NCBI GenBank assembly: GCA_049319825.1 | Contig: JBMORT010000009.1 | Coordinates: 131,349-195,348, forward strand | From: Patescibacteria group bacterium | GTDB lineage: Bacteria; Patescibacteriota; Patescibacteriia; UBA11705; DATKZF01 | DNA length: 64,000 nt | Direction of reading: 5' to 3' | Shown: one piece after another, positions 59,057-64,000 of the stretch | Layout: the number at the start of each line of letters is the position of its first letter | How positions within the stretch are numbered: position 1 is the stretch's first letter | The notes under the pieces: generated by a model | What the model was told of the DNA's origin: nothing | Seen by the model: the letters and a program-made list of their open reading frames with translations, nothing else | Databases searched by the model: none | Program-made: the position numbers and the translations under genes

Positions 59057-59584
59057 ATGCGCTGTTTTATTGCCATTGAAATTCCAGAAGATATCAAATC
59101 CAAAATTGAAGAATTTTTAACGCCGCTCAGATCGGTCAATTCGAATAATAAAATAAAATGGGTGGATAGCCGCAACATTCATTTGACCTGGCAATTTATT
59201 GGCGAATTGGATTTTAATAGCGTGGCGGAATTAAAAAAATCATTGGCTCAAATAAAATTCGCGCCGTTTGAGATCGGGTTTGATAATAAATTAAGCTTTT
59301 TTCCGAATCAGTTTAGACCAAATGTCATCAAATTGGACGTAGTCGACCAGCGAGGGGAGCTCAAGCGCATAAATTCGCTGATTCGCGAGCAGCTGGATAA
59401 AATCAAAATCGAATATGACCGCAAACCTTTCTTGGCGCATATTACTTTAGGCCGAATAAAATATTTTAGCGGCGATTTTAAGCGATTAATTTTACCATCG
59501 TTTTTATCATTTACTGTCGATCGATTCGACTTGTATTGCAGCGACCTGACCGCCGACGGACCGATTCACACAAAATTGACATAG
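59057..59584 (+). CDS. thpR: RNA 2',3'-cyclic phosphodiesterase (2H phosphoesterase)
   Basis: MRCFIAI, HLT, HITLGR. Confidence 0.9.
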   Translation: MRCFIAIEIPEDIKSKIEEFLTPLRSVNSNNKIKWVDSRNIHLTWQFIGELDFNSVAELKKSLAQIKFAPFEIGFDNKLSFFPNQFRPNVIKLDVVDQRGELKRINSLIREQLDKIKIEYDRKPFLAHITLGRIKYFSGDFKRLILPSFLSFTVDRFDLYCSDLTADGPIHTKLT

Positions 59585-59631
59585 CTTATTTTTCACTTGG
59601 CTTTAGACATTTTATTTATTAATTTTTACGC

Positions 59632-60840
59632 ATGCCCTCAATACGCAAAAATCAGCCGGTGATTCTCGGGGTTGGCATCGCCAATCTCGATCTGGAGCAA
59701 TCCGTAGATAAAATTCGGTCATTTTTAATTTCCGGCAGAAAACACACGATTTTCACCCCCAATCCGGAAATTTGCCACGCAGCTTCGAAAAATGATCACT
59801 ACCGAAAAATATTAAATTCATCCAGCTTGAATATTGCCGACGGGTTTGGGTTAAAAATCGGTGGCTTGATATTGGGACAGAAAGTTTTGCATCGAGTCAC
59901 CGGAATTGATTTGACCTGGCGAATAATTGATTTGGCCGCGGCCAATCATTATAAAATCATGCTTTTGGGGGGAATGGGGGACACGGCGCGTCTGGCGGCT
60001 GACAAAATTAAAGAGCAATATCCAAACATTGAAATTGTCGGCGCCGCTTCGGGCATTGAGATTCAAATCGAACATGGCCGAATCGTTTATAATATTGAAC
60101 AAAACCAAAAATTGACAAAGCTGATAAACCGCGCCGCGCCCGATATTTTACTGGTCGCCTTTGGCGCGCCCAAGCAGGAATCTTGGATTTTTGAAAACAT
60201 CGGTAAGCTAAATTCCATCCGGCTGGCCGTAGGCGTGGGCGGCACGCTGGACTTTATCGCCGGAAATGCCAAGCGGGCACCGCAGTGGCTGAGAAAAATC
60301 GGCTGCGAATGGCTGTATCGATTAATCAAGGAGCCGCGCCGATGGCGTAGAATTTTTGCGGCCATCGTGTTGTTCCCGGCGACTTGCATCAAATGGCGCT
60401 GGCGCTGGTTATATAAATATCGACCGAACATTGCCAGCATCATCTACAATTGCCAAAATCAAATTCTGCTGATATTTAATCCCAGGTTTCATTACTGGAC
60501 ATTGCCGCAGGGCGGCATTGGTCCCGGAGAAAACATTCCCGTGGCTTCACTTCGTGAAATCAGGGAGGAAATTGGCATGGATTCAAATGATTTAGAATTC
60601 ATCAAAATCATTCCATCAGTTTATTCATACGATTGGCCCAGGGAATTTAGAAATTTTCGTCCATACAAAGGGCAACGGCAAAAATTCATCTGCTGGAGAT
60701 TCACCAAACCCGCGCAATATTTCCATTTTAAAAAATCAGATGAAGTGGCCGGAGTCAAATGGGTGGGCAAGGATGAGTTATTAAGCGCTCTGCCAAAAGT
60801 GCGTCGAGAATCAATAAAAAAAATTTTTAGCTATCTTTAA
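59632..60840 (+). CDS. WecB/TagA/CpsF glycosyltransferase fused to an RppH-like Nudix hydrolase
   Basis: TPNPE, RVTGIDL, GAPKQE, GVGG, EWLYRL..EP.R; then WTLPQGG...REIREEIG, YKGQRQK. Confidence 0.88.
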   Translation: MPSIRKNQPVILGVGIANLDLEQSVDKIRSFLISGRKHTIFTPNPEICHAASKNDHYRKILNSSSLNIADGFGLKIGGLILGQKVLHRVTGIDLTWRIIDLAAANHYKIMLLGGMGDTARLAADKIKEQYPNIEIVGAASGIEIQIEHGRIVYNIEQNQKLTKLINRAAPDILLVAFGAPKQESWIFENIGKLNSIRLAVGVGGTLDFIAGNAKRAPQWLRKIGCEWLYRLIKEPRRWRRIFAAIVLFPATCIKWRWRWLYKYRPNIASIIYNCQNQILLIFNPRFHYWTLPQGGIGPGENIPVASLREIREEIGMDSNDLEFIKIIPSVYSYDWPREFRNFRPYKGQRQKFICWRFTKPAQYFHFKKSDEVAGVKWVGKDELLSALPKVRRESIKKIFSYL

Positions 60841-60873
60841 TAATTACGGCATTCATTTTAAATTTATAAAATG

Positions 60874-60898
60874 AAACCATCAGCGATGCTGATGGTTT
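60874..60898. terminator. Bidirectional terminator
   Basis: AAACCATCAGC-gat-GCTGATGGTTT. Confidence 0.75.
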
Positions 60899-61054
60899 CT
60901 GTCTTAGGGACTACGGTTAGTTTGGTTGATGCGCCCTACTTGGGTAAATAATGACATGGTCCGGGAGGGCGCCAAGTACCCAAACCTCGCCAGGCGAACA
61001 AAATCGTCACTTCGCCTTCGAGGTTCGGCCAGATGATTTTTGGCAAATAATAAA

Positions 61055-61084
61055 ATCCCCCATTTTTCTTTAGAAATGGGGGAT
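61055..61084 (-). terminator. Terminator after the GC-rich orphan gene
   Basis: ATCCCCCATTT..AAATGGGGGAT, followed on the - strand by TTTATTATTT. Confidence 0.65.
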
Positions 61085-61091
61085 GAAAAAA

Positions 61092-62495
61092 TTATTTGGT
61101 GAAGAGGTTTTCGAACTGCTCGAACGTCCTCTCGTGCCGAGTCTTCTTTCGGCCGCCCCGCTCCTGACGGCCGTTCTTTTTGGCATTGTCCGCGGCCATG
61201 TCAAAGAGGCTGGCCACGAGCTTGCTCGTTTCACACACCGCGGCCGCGCGCCGGTTTTTGGCCGCCTCACGCCGGCTGATGTGGAGAAGGGCCGAGCTCA
61301 AAGGATGAGCCACGACCCGCTGCGGGACATGGGTCTTGCTCCGCTTGTCCCAGCGCGTCTCGGTCTGGCCGAGCTGGTCGGACACATAGTCCGCCAATGC
61401 CATACCGAGCTCCCGTGGGACCACGAGGTACAGCTCGCGGCCGCCATCCTCAACCTTGAGGAGCGTCAGCTCCTCCTGATTGCCGAGAATGGACTGATCG
61501 TAGATCAGCCCGATGTCTTCGGCCATCCGAGCCGCCGCGGCCGGACGGAGCGACTTTTCGTCGTAGTACCTCTCATACTCATCGGCCCCGGGCTCGAGGC
61601 TGAGGATTCGGCTCCGCTCCTTATCCGCCAGGATTTCCTGGACGGTCTTGGCGAACCCGCCCTCGATGAGCCGCTTGAGGATCGGCTGCGCCATGTCGGA
61701 GAGGCGCTGGCCGAAGCGATGGTACACCAGCGCTTTCGGCAGTCCGCTGTACCGGAAGCCGAGTCGGCTGGCCCGGACCGCGATGGGACTGGAAACGAGC
61801 ATGTACCGGTCCTCGCCGTCGCTTTCGTCCGGGATCGTGACGAGACCGTACGGAAATCCGTCCCAGCGCTCGATCATCTGACGCGGCACACCGTCGTGCG
61901 CCAGCTCTTCGGCGCGCTTTTTCAGCGCGTCTTCGTCTCGCACGACGATCGTCTCGAAGTCCGGCTTTTCCCGGTTATCGAGATCGAACTCGACCGTGTA
62001 GACCTTTTCCGGGAAATGCTTGAGCAGATCCCGTCTGGTCCACAGGCCGTCGGCGCCGAGCTCCTCGATGAGCTGACGCAATTGACGGTCGCGCCGGCCG
62101 TCGTAGCTGAAGACGGCCTGTGGGAACGTGCTGACTGACAGCTCCTTGCGGAGCGCCCGTCTCGCGTATTCCAGGGCGCCGCTTCGGTGCCCTTCACATA
62201 CGACATACGGGAAATCCTTGTCAAACGAATACGCCGCCGGATCCTTGGGGTCCAGCTGCTGGCAGCCGGGCACCATGCACCGGACGTGCCCATCGCTGAT
62301 CAGTTCGCCGAAGGACAGAATCTGTCCCTCCGGCGTTTTCAGCCCGTAGAATTCCTTGTTAATTCCCTTAAAGGAGCACACCTTGTGCCCCTTGAGTCCG
62401 ACGTGGGACAAGACCACGCCGTTCTTGTCACACGGATCGCCGAGCGAACAGACGTACGCCAGAGTTGCTTCCTTCGCCACCTTATTCGTACTCAT
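61092..62495 (-). CDS. GC-rich hypothetical protein with Cys/His motifs
   Basis: 467-aa ORF with GGAG RBS, own promoter and terminator; CMVPGC..CEGH; basic C-terminus. Confidence 0.75.
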   Translation of the reverse strand: MSTNKVAKEATLAYVCSLGDPCDKNGVVLSHVGLKGHKVCSFKGINKEFYGLKTPEGQILSFGELISDGHVRCMVPGCQQLDPKDPAAYSFDKDFPYVVCEGHRSGALEYARRALRKELSVSTFPQAVFSYDGRRDRQLRQLIEELGADGLWTRRDLLKHFPEKVYTVEFDLDNREKPDFETIVVRDEDALKKRAEELAHDGVPRQMIERWDGFPYGLVTIPDESDGEDRYMLVSSPIAVRASRLGFRYSGLPKALVYHRFGQRLSDMAQPILKRLIEGGFAKTVQEILADKERSRILSLEPGADEYERYYDEKSLRPAAAARMAEDIGLIYDQSILGNQEELTLLKVEDGGRELYLVVPRELGMALADYVSDQLGQTETRWDKRSKTHVPQRVVAHPLSSALLHISRREAAKNRRAAAVCETSKLVASLFDMAADNAKKNGRQERGGRKKTRHERTFEQFENLFTK

Positions 62496-62611
62496 TTAAT
62501 TTCTCCATGTCGGGATCGCTCCCGAAATGTTGGGCCAGGTTGGCCCATTATTAAAAGAACACCATAAAGATGCGCCAGCGCTACTTGCGCCGAAGCATCA
62601 ACGAACAATTT

Positions 62612-62640
62612 ATTATATCATATCAAATTAAAAAAGTCAA
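62612..62640 (-). promoter_or_regulatory. Strong sigma70 promoter for the GC-rich orphan
   Basis: TTGACT-17 nt-TATAAT with extended TGn. Confidence 0.75.
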
Positions 62641-62814
62641 TCATGCGCTGTAAATTACCTAAATTTAGACAATAATTGATTAAAACAGTTCTTAATGCAT
62701 AAATAACAATGTTTTATACACTCATTGGCGGCCGAATATTTATCCGCCTTGTTTCTTTACATCAGCGGTGAAATCGGGTAAAATAGATACATTAATTACC
62801 TACATAACTTATTT

Positions 62815-64000
62815 ATGGGCAACAATTCCCAAGCAAAAATCAGAGTCAGAATCGCGCCCAGTCCGACAGGATTCGTCCATATCGGCAATTTACGCACAAT
62901 TTTGTATAATTACTTAATGGCCAAAAATCATGACGGCACATTTTTGGTCAGAATCGAAGATACCGATCGCTCCAGATATGTTGACGGCGCCGTGGAAAAT
63001 ATGCTTTCCGTACTTAAGTGGGCAGACATAGATTATGACGAAGGTCCCTTTCTAACACCTAAAAACGCCATTGCCGAGAAAGGGGAGAATGGCCCATATT
63101 TTCAATCGAAACGCTTGGATGTTTATCATCATCATATCAAGGAGCTGATTGACAGCGGCAAGGCCTATTATTGTTTTTGTTCCAAAGAAAGGCTGGATAA
63201 TTTGCGATCCGAGCAAACCGCCAATAAAATGCCACCCAAATATGACGGCTGCTGCCGCCATTTAAGCCGGCAAGATGTTCAAAAAAAATTAAGCCAAAAC
63301 ATTCCTCATGTTGTCAGATTTAAAATGCCTGAAAATAAAGAGATACTGATCGCTGATCTAATCCGGGGCGAAATAAGAGTCAATTCCAATGATCTTGACG
63401 ATTACGTGTTGATTAAATCGGACAAATTTCCAACATATCATTTCGCGAACGTTGTCGATGATCATTTGATGAAAATCACCCACGTACTGAGAGGCGACGA
63501 ATGGATACCCAGCACTCCCAAGCATGTTTTGCTTTACGAAGCGTTCGCATGGCCGGCGCCGGTTTTCGCGCACCTGCCTCAGCTGATAAACAAACAAAAG
63601 AAAAAGTTGTCCAAGCGCGATGGCTCAGCATCTGTCAATGATTATATCGATCGCGGCTATCTGCCGGACGCGCTGATTAATTTTATCGCCTTGCTTGGGT
63701 GGAATCCGGGATCCGATCAGGAAATTTTCACGAGAAATGAAATGATCAAGCAATTTGATTTATCTCGGGTTCATAAAGCGGCCGCCGTATTTGACACAGA
63801 CAAACTGGATTGGATGAACAGCTATTACATTCGACAACTGGATGCTGATAAATTTTTGGGATTGGCCGCGCCTTTTTTAATAAAAGCGGAATTAATTAAA
63901 ACCAGCGGCGCTAATTATAAAATTCTAGAAACCAATGAGCGACTGAGCGCCGCCAATCTCAAAACGATCTTGACGCTGGAACAGCCACGAATCAAAAAAA
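62815..64000 (+). CDS. gltX: Glutamate-tRNA ligase (partial, runs off the window); missing from the ORF track
   Basis: Manual translation: RVRIAPSPTGFVHIGN, RIEDTD, YYCFC, THVLRGDEW, KLSKRDG. Confidence 0.95.
   Translation, partial: MGNNSQAKIRVRIAPSPTGFVHIGNLRTILYNYLMAKNHDGTFLVRIEDTDRSRYVDGAVENMLSVLKWADIDYDEGPFLTPKNAIAEKGENGPYFQSKRLDVYHHHIKELIDSGKAYYCFCSKERLDNLRSEQTANKMPPKYDGCCRHLSRQDVQKKLSQNIPHVVRFKMPENKEILIADLIRGEIRVNSNDLDDYVLIKSDKFPTYHFANVVDDHLMKITHVLRGDEWIPSTPKHVLLYEAFAWPAPVFAHLPQLINKQKKKLSKRDGSASVNDYIDRGYLPDALINFIALLGWNPGSDQEIFTRNEMIKQFDLSRVHKAAAVFDTDKLDWMNSYYIRQLDADKFLGLAAPFLIKAELIKTSGANYKILETNERLSAANLKTILTLEQPRIKK

Noticed and set aside
61083-62138. 351-aa + strand ORF
   Set aside because: Antisense shadow of the GC-rich - strand gene; the promoter, RBS and terminator all serve the - strand.

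Overview
Chromosomal segment of a small-genome bacterium using genetic code 11 (tRNA-Trp CCA, TGA as stop). It is most likely Patescibacteria/CPR (Parcubacteria-like); this is an inference from AT-rich SD-less leaders on core genes, a helicase-degenerate PriA, an archaeal-type presenilin and the gene inventory. It carries housekeeping genes (rpmG, rlmN, msrA, prs, queA, fmt, def, priA, clpB with a CIRCE operator, thpR, partial gltX, tRNA-Thr, tRNA-Trp), two surface-glycan clusters (~13.5-21.6 kb and ~34.7-39.8 kb) and a split AmmeMemoRadiSam trio. An AT-rich defence island (~40.3-48.2 kb) holds a NucS/DUF5655-like gene and a type III R-M mod/res pair; between mod and res sit a frameshifted Abi_C gene and an unknown TM protein that appears to start at ATT. 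The most unusual signals are non-coding. (i) Dispersed intergenic elements built from four 7-8-nt repeats followed by four inverted copies, in several sequence flavours; one half-element starts exactly where a duplicated gene 5' end is truncated. (ii) A ~230-nt promoter- and terminator-bounded structured RNA candidate at 6218-6450 with two competing folds. (iii) A 64-nt three-way-junction RNA candidate at 48151-48214 (-). (iv) A GC-rich orphan gene flanked by structured, mutually related leader and trailer sequences. All family assignments come from motif recognition by eye; no database searches or folding programs were run.
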